Positions 1-11,495 of a stretch of DNA of 64,000 nt are shown in pieces (position 1 is the first letter of the stretch; each line of letters begins with the position of its first letter). Both the position numbers and the translations under genes were made by a program. Where the stretch lies: the NCBI RefSeq assembly GCF_964204645.1, contig NC_134029.1, forward strand, positions 24,706,534 to 24,770,533. Reading direction: 5' to 3'. Below the pieces are notes generated by a model. The model was not told where the DNA came from and made no database searches. It was given only the letters and a program-made list of their open reading frames with translations. The stretch is from Tubulanus polymorphus (taxonomy: Eukaryota > Animalia > Nemertea).

Positions 1-181
1 GATTGACAGACATTGATTAAAGCGCCACACAACATCAAACCTCATAAATCAATACATCGCAAGATTCGAGTTCACATTAGAGATTACAAAATAATGTCTC
101 CATCTCTTGGAACAGCCTATAGTAGTTGTAGTCAGTTCTCTCGCCGAATCTGTCCACTGTTCCCCGCTCTAGTCACTGTTA

Positions 182-539
182 AGCCTAGCGCACATCAACA
201 CTGCGATCGGAGACAACTAGTTGCTACCGAACGATTACCCCGCGCACATCGAAATCTAGTTACAACCGGTCAGTTGCAGCAACTGCATGGCGCGTGTCGA
301 TCGTCGAGATCCAGAGCGCGCACATCGACGGATATGACTGCGATTGAGTACAACCAGTTGCTCAAAAGTAGAACATGGGCAACTGGCTGGAACTGGAGAT
401 AGATCGACGCTTACCAATCGTAAGCTCGCTCACATCGACACATTCAAGCAACTGATCGTATCCAGCCAGTTCCTCTCATGCGCCGAAAACTGCCTTGCAA
501 CTAGTTGTCTCCAATCGCAGTGTCAATGTGCGCTAGGCT
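182..539. mobile_element. MITE, PIF/Harbinger (Tourist)-like, 358 bp
   Basis: About 43-bp terminal inverted repeats (agcctagcgcacatcaacactgcgatcggagacaactagttgc / gcaactagttgtctccaatcgcagtgtcaatgtgcgctaggct). TTA flanks both sides (179-181, 540-542), matching the 3-bp TWA target-site duplication of Harbinger. Internal repeats of cgcacatcga; no coding capacity. Confidence 0.8.
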
Positions 540-2009
540 TTAGACTGCTTGTTTGTTTACATTTCTTGAGGTGGTCCTATTCCAGGAGAGTCACTCCGAG
601 GGCCTATCTTACAATATGTTTCAGTCACTCTCCCAGTGGAAGGCTGACCCTGACCAGCGGAAACTATCGACCACGTGCGATCACGACAAATCCTTGAGGA
701 GGGAACAGAACAAACATGACCTTTGATAAAAATTGTCTTTGGTTTTACAGTGTACCGTACGTCATTTATTCACCGATCAGAATGATTTGATTTCGATCTA
801 ATTTCTGATATCGTCGATGCGTAGTAATGAGGCCCTGCCCCGCGGATTACTTCCGTATCATGCACATACGCGATATCAATAACACCGCCACAGACGACAA
901 GGTCATGTGGTGTCACTCTGATACCGCGGTTGAGATTATTTATGTTGATTGCGCTATTCCATCACCAAATCACCCTCTCTGTTACCCCTACGGTCTCCTA
1001 GCAGAATTTAAGTAGACTAAACGACCATCGGATAGCTAAGACTTTAATTAACCTAAAGTTGGTGGCAGCACTGTACGGTCGCCTAGCGGAATTTCTGCGC
1101 ACTGATTATAGTTTCAGGTTAACACACACGTGCTGTCAGCTGAAGGTCCCCTCTCTCTTTCTCCTCAGCCTGTGCGTGTCTGTGTTTAATAAGATAATGT
1201 TATGATAGATAATGTTATGGGTCGAAGGCTCAGTCATTAATTACTAACTGTCTCTAATCGGCAGCGGGGATATGCCGGTATTATATCATGGTTTATTGCA
1301 CGTTAGTTTCAACCAGTCCATGCAGAACTAATGAAAATAAAGCTACTGAACTCAAGAGCAAAATATCAGAAAGTTCAGGTATTAGGGGGCTGTAGACTTT
1401 TTGAGTCAGTCGGTGCTCGCAGGCACCTTGCACGTGAAGACGCACAAATAGTTCAATAAACCGTTGAGATATTCATATTCTTTTAAGGCCTATCATTTCT
1501 CAAGTTGCCTGTTGTTGCCGTTGACGCAATTCGAAAGAAGAACTGTTCCCTAGACTTTAGAATCGTGTTTAGAGAACAGTCTGTCTGAGATCAGACACCT
1601 TCATAAAACAGTAATAACACATTCAAACTGGGAGATCTCTTTGTGACCAGGAACAAGTTCATATCCGTCCTGACAATAACCGCAGTACACTGTCACACAA
1701 TGACGCACGCACTTCTTACTAAATACACCGCCACGATCTGACACTGTCTTAATGAATACGAAGTTTTTTGTTGTCAAACATTTACGCGCCGAGGAGCATA
1801 TTCACGTAAAAATTCCACTTTTTCCATGTCTTGGAGACAAAGTTTCAGACAATCTATGTCTATAATGGTTTCTACCTAAAGCCATTTATTTAATACATGT
1901 GCGTAAAGTATCAGTAAAAACTATATCGAAAGCAATCAATGTAACATCTATCTATGCATGGAACCTGTATCAAATTGAGAAGAAAACCCAACGATTTTAA
2001 AAACCCAAA

Positions 2010-2135
2010 TAGTGACGTTACAACTCGATTTGAGGGGCCATTTTCAAAGCTAAGTTTATATATTCAAAATATGAAACTGACATTTTCAAAACAGTTTTTG
2101 GAAACGGCTCATAGAATTGAGTCTAAACGTCACTA
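2010..2135. mobile_element. Short MITE-like element (tagtgacgtt...aacgtcacta)
   Basis: Imperfect inverted ends of about 35 bp. Partial copies of the same terminus occur at about 8690-8729 and 16283-16310. Confidence 0.6.
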
Positions 2136-2625
2136 CTTTGTTGGCTCATCCACATAATTGTGGTTTTTCTTAAATTTAGAATAACAGAAAGTCACTTTGT
2201 CTATGAAAACCAATGAGACCCGCGGATCTCTCGAGGATGCTGTGGTTTTCAGTAGATTCAGTGAAATATGGAATTAATTCCGTTGTAGGATGTTTTATGG
2301 GCACTAATCCGCCGCAAACTGACCCGTATTATGACGCCACACGTTTTCTGTCACGGCGTTATTTGCCGCCGCTGTTCTGACGGCGGTTCCACACGTGTCA
2401 GCTGTCTGTCGACCCCTCGGGCCAGGAAGTCGAGCCGGAAAATTGCATTTTTTCTGACGGTCGCAAAACAATGCGACACGTACAGAAAAGCGCTGCTAGG
2501 ATCATAGAAACATAAAATTTGAAACCGCAATGAAAAACTGATGATCTACGGTTGCGTGAGGCGATAAAAGGCCATTCGAAGCCGCTACTAATAGAAGTTT
2601 GATTGGAATTATCAGTGACGACGTT

Positions 2626-2783
2626 GTCTGGAGGCTGGCGTGTGTTACACCATCAGCTACCACACTGAAACCTGGCGTCTGGAGGCTGGCGTGTGTTACA
2701 CCATCAGCTACCACACTGAAACCTGGCGTCTGGAGGCTGGCGTGTGTTACACCATCACCTACCACACTGAAACCTAGCGTCTG
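2626..2783. repeat. 51-bp tandem repeat x3
   Basis: gtctggaggctggcgtgtgttacaccatcagctaccacactgaaacctggc repeated; explains ORFs 2502-2813 and 2599-2796. Confidence 0.9.
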
Positions 2784-3168
2784 CCACAACCACTGACGAG
2801 AGGGGCGCCTCATCTCAAGCAGAAACCCGTGATGATATTAATCAAGCCAATTGAACTTACAAGGGAGGATGCAAATAAATTCGATTACTCGAATAAAAGG
2901 TTACCTTTCTATTCGTGGTTTATATTCGATACATTTTCCTGGCACCTACACTTAAAGTAACACAGATTCTAAGCCGACATTTGTCCCAGAAAATCTATCT
3001 AGTCAAATTTCAGAATTACAATAAAGACGACTGTAGCACAAAAATAATCATCTGTGAACAGACGACCGATAAACGAGAAGGATGTGTCTTGCGCCATCTA
3101 TAGTCTAGTTTGAACAACTTCATGGTGTATACGCAAGGAAAACTTAGATTTAAACATTTTTGGTGAGA

Positions 3169-3521
3169 TATCATCCCACCCGATGAGGGGATATCATCCC
3201 ACCCGATGAGGGGGTATCATCCCACCCGATGAGGGAGTATCATCCCACCCGATGAGGGGGTATCATCCCACCCGATGAGGGGGTATCATCCCACCCGATG
3301 GGGGTTACCATCCCACCCGATGGGGGTTACCATCCCACCTGATGAGGGGTATCATCCCACCTGATGAGGGGGAATCATCCCACCTGATGAGGGGGTATCA
3401 TCCAAACTGATGATGGGGTATCATCCCACTTAATGAGGGGTATTATCCCACTTGGTGAGGGGTATTATCCAACTTGGTGAGGGGGTATCACCCCACCTGA
3501 TGAGGGGGTATCATCCCACTT
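3169..3521. repeat. About 22-23-bp minisatellite with internal hairpin, roughly 15 copies
   Basis: Unit tatcatcccacccgatgagggg(g); TCATC/GATGA stem in each unit; progressive divergence along the array. Confidence 0.9.
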
Positions 3522-3889
3522 ATTATTCTCATAAGAAAAGCAGATTTGCATCGTCTTATGGATTCTCAGTTCACTGATCTCTAAGACAAACGAAACTTCT
3601 TTATTCTATAAAACACATGTTTGTTTAGGTTGGCGTGTAGCTATACAGATCTGCACGTGAGGTTGAATCAGGATGGAGGAATAGAAACCGGTAGCGATCT
3701 GCACTAATTCAGGACTATTAGATTGTAAAATGCAGGTATAAAGGTTAAACGTACACTGAATGTCTGTATTCAGCAAACATAAAGGAATATAGAATCATCT
3801 TCTTCAAACTGCGGTATGAATTTTTCTCCATACGTTATTAGATAATAAACTACGTGTTGTGTTGTGTGTAAGTGTTTTTATATATACAG

Positions 3890-4034
3890 GTGTTATTGCA
3901 TGTAATACTGACACACAGAGAGAGCGCGGAGGAGAACTATCAGAGAACTCGATGCCACCACCGCGAGTTCCTTCAGCTCAATCCACGCGATACAAACAAA
4001 AAACAGATCGATCTTTCACAAGTTTTACTCCGAG
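3890..4034 (+). other. Putative non-coding 5' exon of the OATP gene (start uncertain)
   Basis: Strong donor GAG|gtaagt at 4034/4035. Matching acceptor tttggtttcag| at 4956, 45 nt upstream of the ATG at 5002. Confidence 0.4.
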
Positions 4035-5001
4035 GTAAGTTTTCATGAACAACTGTTTTTAGTGGAGATTACGTTTTTAGATTTTTCTAAGTGCTTCACC
4101 TTAACACGCATGGCTTCAGTATTTAGCTGCTAAGGGCTTCAAAAATAACCTAAGAGTGTCAGTGTGCCACAAGTTGGGCACACGAAGATTGGTCACTGTA
4201 GATAGAACCACTTCCAGGTCTGGGTGAAGAACACCGGGCTTGAGTTTGGTTCTTAAATCACCACAAAGCTTGAGTTTAATCCATTAATTCAGCTTTGTTT
4301 TAATGCGATTTAGTACTCGATATCTACAAGTTCATTAAATCGACCACGCTGGTAAAATGGATCATTATAAAAACTTTTAAAAGTATTTGTGAAATAGTCG
4401 AAGAGTAATCGAGTGCATGGAATAAATATCAGGCACATTTCGACTAACGTAACGCCTATACCGGTAGATGTTTTGTCAACACCTAGATTTTTTTGCGTGT
4501 CATTTGTTGTTTGATTTGTGACATGAAGAGGTACTGGTTTTGTATGTGGAACCAGGCACTCACTAAACGGGGTCGCTATTCGGGTTTAGAGAGAGAGAAA
4601 GAGAGGGAAGTGTAAGAATTTGGCTCTGCGTTATAGAAACTATTCCTTCATTATAGATTAATGATTGGAATAAACAGGTGTCTTATCGCTAGGTGAGAGT
4701 GAGAGGAGAGGGCAGCGAGAGAGAGAGTGGCAATCAATCCCTTACCTACAGGTAAAGTATCGGTTTATTGCTTATTGATTTAGACGATCCATTATTGAAG
4801 ATCTGTCTCTAGTTTATAGTAAGTTTCTTCGAATCGAGGGGTCGTTTCAGCTTAGCATTTCCGATGAACTCAACACTGATAAAACTTTGATCAGATAATG
4901 TCAAATAGCTCCTTTGAAACGGACCCCAGTTTATCCTCCTTGTCTTTTGGTTTCAGATTTCTGTTTTGGTTATATTGTCACTTATCATATATTAGTTAGA
5001 G

Positions 5002-8000
5002 ATGAACAACTCCAATCAACATTCCACGGAAGGCGGTACGGATGGCTCCGAGGAGACGGAATGCGGTATAGGTAGATGCCGGTCGGAGAAGTGCCGACCA
5101 TGCGTCAATGTGAAATTATTCACTGTAATATTGGCGATTATAGTGACATTCAACGGAGCTGCCGGATCGTATCTGGTATCGGTTATAACCACATTGGAGA
5201 AAGCTTTTCTCATAAACAGCTCAAAATCCGGATTCATCACGACAGCGAATGATATCGGATTCACTTGCGCCGTTTTACTAATCACTCATTACACCTCTAA
5301 ACTACATAAACCCCGCGTTCTGGCTATTTGTGGGTTTACAATAGGTGTCGCTTCGATCGTGTGTTCGTTACCCTATTTTATCTACGGCTCCCCCGACTCG
5401 GTGACGCAACTTGCGGTCACGAGACATCAACCGTCGCAGATAGAATTCCAGGCGAACTTAAGTTACATGCAGCCTGCGGTAAGTGAGGCTTGGTTGTGCG
5501 ATAGGGAGCGGATGTTACCGGATGGACCGGTATGTGATAAGAGACAGGCAGCTAGGAGCAGTTACCGCAGCACCGGCTCCTACGCGATCGTCGTATTCGG
5601 TCAGATTATAATCGGTGTAGCGATGTCACCAGTCTGGACGCTTGGACTCGCTTATATAGATGACAATGTGTCTAAATACTCGGCTCCCATCTATATAGGT
5701 AAGCGTGAATATTGATTAATCGTATTTCAAAGAATGTCATTGTATTTAGTTGTAGGATGAATCGATTAACGTATTCATCTATTTATAAATTCAATTCATT
5801 TAATGTCTTCATGTTTGATTATGTTATTTACTATTTTCTATTTGATTGTAGGTATTCTATTCAGTTTACGCACATTAGCGCCGATAATGGGGTTCGGTCT
5901 CGGTGCCGGGATCATATCCATTCCAATTGACCTCAAATGTAAGCCATTCAACCTTTCTTCCCATCTTTGATACCAGTAGCTAAAGTATTGATTCAAGTTC
6001 ATGCTGAGCCAGAGTGGCGCATTTATCCAAACTGTACTGTTACCACCACAGTATTTACATAATGGTTAACTATATCTGATCACCCACATCTAAAGCAACT
6101 GTGGTCAGTTTAAAGTCAGGGAAAAGTTGCTCAAAGTTGTGAGATGATTTCTATAAATTTACATACACTACTAATTATCTATTTCCATAGCGAGTAAATC
6201 ACCTCAGGACGATGACCAGAACAGTATCGGTGCTTGGTGGCTCGGCTTCCTTATATTTGGTATTTGCAGCATTCTTACCAGCATTCCTATGGCGTTTTTC
6301 CCAAAGCGCATGCCGCCATTAATGACTTCCGCTACTGACGACGATGACGAAGATGACGTCGATACTGACGTCACTACCGGTAAAATTGAAACTGTCCACG
6401 CGAAACGTGGCGGCGGTGGAAAGAGACGCCGCAGTAAATCGTTTCAGCAAGGCGTAGATACAGTTAACATGTTATCATCGACGACTAACAGTAACCGTAA
6501 ACTACCATTCATGGGTAGGTATAGGATTTAAACTATAGATTTCTTGTTGTGACGATAATATTACAAGAATCTCACAATAAAGAAAAAGTCCGAAACTGTT
6601 TTTCTTGAGCTATTAACTATACTATTAGCTGAAGAAAAACATTTTCGGACTTTCTCGTCTTTATTGTGAGATTCTCGTAATATCATAGATTTCTTCGTAA
6701 CCATGTTTAGTGAAATGGCACACGCTCTTAGGCACTTACATTAAACATACATGAATTTAAATAACGTAATCTGTTCTTTCATTGTGGGTTTGACTAACGA
6801 TGGAATCCTACAATAAAAAAGAAAAAAAAATAGTCCGCAAGATTTCTTTGAGCTAAAAATTTTAGCGACGTTTCTACGAAATTGTATAGATTTATTAAGG
6901 TCACAAATTGTTCGGTTTTTTCTATTTCATATGAAGACTACATTCTTTCACAAAGATTAACAAACAAAATTGAAACGATTCCGTGTAAATTTCTCTCTAG
7001 ATTTCCCGCGCGCTCTGATGCGAATTTTCAAAAATCAAGTTTACATCTGGGCGATCATTTCCTGTACGTTAAATGTTTTCTACGGTCAAGGATTTTATTC
7101 GTTTCTACCGAAATACATGGAAAAACTATTCCACTTACGGCCTTCAACGGCTAATCTAATTCTCGGTGAGTCGAGTATCTGTTGTTAGATATCACGTGAT
7201 CATGTAAAGAGCTCTTCCAATGTTTCTTGTAAATCAGTTTTTCCAGCAAGATCGATTCAGCTGCACAGTTTCGAGTTAGAGTTATCACTGAGAAGTTAAA
7301 ATTAGTTCATTTGCAATGAGTTCACTTATGAAGAGTGAAGAGCTGTAAAACTGCGTCCCAAATCAGTTTTCTCGCCCGATGTTTAAATGTTGTTTTCTGT
7401 CTGTTGTTTATTTAGGGGTATGTTGCGGTATAGCCGCAGGTCTAGGAACGATTCTCGGAGGTTGGATCGTATCTCACAACAAGTGGGGCCGGTTACAAGT
7501 GGCTAAATTCTGGTTTATTTTTGAACTGATCGGTACCTTGATTCTATACACGCTGATATTTCCTACTTGTGAACAATTACCGGTGCAAGATTTAACAACT
7601 GAACAAAGGTACAACAACCACGTGGGCCTAGTTGCTCAGAGATTGGTCAGAGTTAACCAGTGGATAGTTGACATAGCGGCAATTAAAACTTCATTGTTAC
7701 TTTGGTGTTTATCCGCTAGTTATCTTAAACCAACTTTTGAGCAACTGGCCGCAGTCGTCTCACAAACGTTTCTATTTCATCGTTGCGGCGCTTCAACAAC
7801 ACGATAATGAAAATATCGCATCGCAGATATCATTTCATCACTCAACGTATCGTTATAAGCGAGGTCGGTCTTTCACTTTCCTCATTAAGAGCAGGGTGGG
7901 GCTGGTAAGATATTGCTGCCACCAGGATTCGAACCCATAAAACCTTGATTGATAACTCCTACACAAGCGTCGATATCTATTATTGTACGATATCTGATAC

Positions 8001-9933
8001 CTGAATTATAAATGATCGTCCACATTCGCGCTCACATCGTATACATTTTTACTTTTTTCGTAAATAACACATTTAATACTGTCGGTATTATTGATGGTAT
8101 TATTAATGGTATTATTGATGGTATTATTAATGGTATTATTAATGTGTTTAGTTTGAATGTAATGAATGAGACGTGTAACACAGACTGTAGCTGTTCACCC
8201 GTTATATTCCGTCCTGTATGCGGAGGTAATGTCACGTACACGAGTCCTTGTCAAGCCGGTTGCCCGAACCCAGGTATCATGCAGGATGATGTTCGGGTAA
8301 GTAGTATCACCTCTCAACGGGATCAAGTTCACGAAAGCTTACTAATTCTAAACATTAAAGAAGAACTAGGCCTAGCAAGCTATCGTAGTGAATTTAGTCC
8401 CATATCTGCCGATTATAATGATTGACCCTGATTTCCATTGACAACTAAACTATCGAAGCATTATATTACCCTCTCAATCGTATCACACTCTGACTTCAAT
8501 ATCGATTTACTGTCTCCAGGTTTAAGTTCTATCTCTGATTCGTCTATTTCACTTTGAAGCGGCTTTTCTTCATTTCTATATCAGTTTTCAATTCATTTCT
8601 CTCATCTAAACCATTAACAACTAAACAACTATATTCTAGATTGATGAAAAACCCATAATTAGAAAGTGAAACAATGCGAGTTGTGATAGTTTTAAAAATG
8701 GCTCATAGAATCGAGTGGAAACGTCACTAATTTCTCAATAATTGTCGGTTATGGATAAATATATATAAATTTCAATTATTTTCAGTATTACGGTAACTGT
8801 AGTTGTATCAGTGATAAAACGGTTTCCAGTGGTATTTGCAGTAACCCTTGTTTAATGTACATTCCCCTCGCTGTGCTGCTGTTCTTGAAGACATTCTTCA
8901 TGTCGATGTGCGCTGTTCCATTCATTACACTGTTGATGAGGTAAAAACATTTAAATCACATACTTCACTAGTGAAATAGTTTGTTTATCGAGTTACTCGC
9001 TCTGATTCCACAGTTATGAGTTCAGGTATCACGCTACCAGTTAAACTTACTAGTTAAACTTAACTAATTAACTCTAGATTCAATTCGAACTCAATCCAGA
9101 ACTGCGCGCGGAACCGGGTCCTATTTACTGTAATTTTTCGTGAATAAGATATTTCTGATATTTCTGATTTAGAAGTGTACCTCCCGCCGATAAAGCTCTA
9201 GGGATTGGAGTTCTTCTGTTTGTCTCCAATATCTGTGGTAAGTATCAGAAAAATCGGCTTCTGAAGAAGATGATTAAATTGATGGAAGCTTTGAAGTGAT
9301 TTACCGAAGCTCGAATCAAACTCTTAAATATCAAGATAATTCCTAAAAAGGGTTTACTCCTAATTGACTGGGCCATATTAAGGTGACCCATCTTCTATTC
9401 TATTAAAATCTTTTATAAGTTTTTTGCTTCGATGAAATTAAAATCTTCGACCGGAAATATTACCTACTAACCCCTAGAAGGCAGCACCTTACTGGTCCGC
9501 AATGCTGCGAGTTTTCTGGAAAAATGCGATACGGTAGAAGCGACTGTATGCAGCTGGAAACGATTTTTGACGCGATATAAACTCGAAGACTTGATACGTG
9601 TGTCATTTAATTACATGTAAACAAGTTATGATATAATCATGTTTTCGTGTATATCCTATAGGTATACCCTCTCCTGTAGTGTATGGCGCTATAATAGACG
9701 GGGTTTGTATTCATCGTAACCTGTGCATCCCGGAAATTTGTTACCTCTACGACAATGATCACTTGCGATATAAATATTTCGGTTTGGCTTTCGGATTGAG
9801 GACGCTGAATCTGTTAGCTGTGTTTCCTGTTTGGTTTATTTTGAGAAGATCCGATTCTGAAAGTGAGCGAAAAGATGAGCAGCAAAAACAACTAGAAGCG
9901 ATTAATTATAATGAATCTGCAACAGAACAATGA
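5002..9933 (+). CDS. SLCO: Organic anion transporting polypeptide (SLCO/OATP family), 9 coding exons, 700 aa
   Basis: Exons 5002-5698, 5852-5938, 6191-6514, 7001-7165, 7416-7608, 8152-8296, 8786-8940, 9173-9237 and 9662-9933. All introns are GT-AG with compatible phases; total 2103 nt. Motifs: ITTLEKAF, LGLAYIDDNV, IGAWWLGFL (OATP signature), FLPKYME, Kazal-like loop CNTDCSCS..FRPVCGGNVTYTSPCQAGC...NCSCI, IPSPVVYGAIIDGVC, CYLYDN. Subfamily not assigned. Confidence 0.93.
6546..6684. mobile_element. Palindromic about 139-bp insertion with 11-bp target-site duplication (OATP intron 3)
   Basis: Near-perfect inverted repeat 6558-6683, flanked by direct repeat atagatttctt at 6535-6545 and 6685-6695. 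The arms match the sequence 3' of the hammerhead motif at 61538-61572. Confidence 0.7.
7625..7750. mobile_element. MITE in OATP intron 5
   Basis: Inverted ends ggcctagttgctcagagattgg / ccaacttttgagcaactggcc. Confidence 0.65.
7890..7970 (-). mobile_element. Degenerate tRNA-derived SINE fragment
   Basis: Pol III B-box GGGTTCGAATCCT on the minus strand at about 7924-7936; no intact A-box or cloverleaf. Confidence 0.35.
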
Positions 9934-9976
9934 TGTTAATAATGAAACAATGCCTGAGTTCATGTGGTTGAGATGA

Positions 9977-10082
9977 GACCCAGTTCCACAGTTGTCAGTT
10001 AAGACTCAGAGTTAACTCATTGAAAATGAACTAATTTTAACTCAGAGTTAACTCTAAAACTCACAACTGTGGAACTGGACCC
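9977..10082. mobile_element. MITE of the ccagttccacagtt family (OATP 3' UTR region)
   Basis: TIRs ccagttccacagttgt / acaactgtggaactgg with internal gagttaactc palindromes. A second copy in opposite orientation lies at 17996-18101. Confidence 0.8.
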
Positions 10083-10096
10083 TGCTCACCATTACT

Positions 10097-10270
10097 GAAT
10101 AAAAAATAAGAGTCCGAAATGTTTCGTTGAGCGAATAGTTTATAAAGCGTTTCGATTTAAGGCCTCTTTCATAGTTTTCTATAACACTTGTATTACTAAT
10201 ATGACGACTATTTAGGATAAAGTCGAAACGTCAAATTAACTATGAAACATTGAGGACAATTTTTATTCTT
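10097..10270. mobile_element. Decayed head-to-head copy of the hammerhead-associated repeat family
   Basis: Left arm gaataaaaaataagagtccgaaatgtttc...gcgtttcga; right arm gacgactatttaggataaagtcgaaacgtc...gaaacattgaggacaatttttattc. Similar to 61490-61560. Confidence 0.5.
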
Positions 10271-11280
10271 AGATTTTATATTTTCTGGTGAACTCAGAAG
10301 AGACCCAGTCTGGTCCCATATCATTTCCTCCCGTCTTTGCTGTGATAATATTCCTATTTTTTAACAAAAATATAAACGATCCATTTTTATCCACAAAATC
10401 GAATGAAATGTTTTAATAAATGTACCTCATTTATCCGAATTGAGTTCTTCGTTGGTTTTGTCTTCTAAACGCCCTTTGTAAGGTTTGTATGTGATTAAAC
10501 CTCCCTAATACACCCCCCCCCGATCAATACCGCCCAGAATAGGGCCACCGCCTCCCAAACAAACCACCATGTGGGGAATTGAGTCGACTTGATTAAAAGG
10601 GTCTTTTTCAGGAGAAGGAGGAGAATTCACGCTATACCTCGCACTGTATCCAGCGAGCTTCGAAGGCAAACGAGCATTTCTGAAGTCTTGAAATTACTTA
10701 ATGAGTATTAATTTTCTGAATTCGAATCGACCTTGAGAGGGATGTTTTCTGGACCTTTTAAGGCAAGATATTTATGAAATTTCCGAAATGTGAAAAAAGA
10801 AATTGGAACGGAAGAAAAGCGGAACTTGTAAGAAGGGGTTTTGACCGCATCTAGAACTGTTTATTTTGTAATGTTTTCGACTGATAAGTTCCATGTAAAA
10901 CACGATATGCACTAAATGCGCGTCAATCTAATTCCCATTTACAAAAATATATCAGATTTCAAACATTCTCTGAAAGTCCAATTAGAGAAACGTCAATCAC
11001 ATCCATCCGATTGAGACAGTGAAATCACCTAGAAACAAATCTTTGCGACGAGTATCAAACAGATAGAATCTCTCTAGACAGTAACATACCTTGTTAACTG
11101 GCACATCAGGAAATAAATTCAGTTGGACTGTGGGTTATATATAACATCACTGTCTGCTTATGAAGGCATTATCAGTTCTCAGGCGGTAGCCAGACATTTG
11201 TCCAATGTCTATCTGGACCCACCACATATTCAGGATCCTATTTCTTGGAATGCCCAACACGCAAGGCAAAAAAAACTTTT

Positions 11281-11495
11281 TGGTGGCAGTATTCCACTGG
11301 TTTTGGTGGCAGTAATCCACTGGTTTCGGTGGCAGTATTCCGCTGGTTTTGGTGGCAGTATTCCACTGGTTCTGGTGGCAGTATTCCACTAGTTTTGGTG
11401 GCAGTATTCCACTGGTTTTAGTGGCAGTATTCCACTGGTTTTAGTGGCAGTATTCCACTAGTTTTGGTGGCAGTATTCTACTGGTACTGCCACCA
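11281..11495. repeat. 23-bp minisatellite ending in an inverted unit
   Basis: tggtggcagtattccactggttt x about 9, terminated by tactgccacca, the reverse complement of the unit start. Confidence 0.9.
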
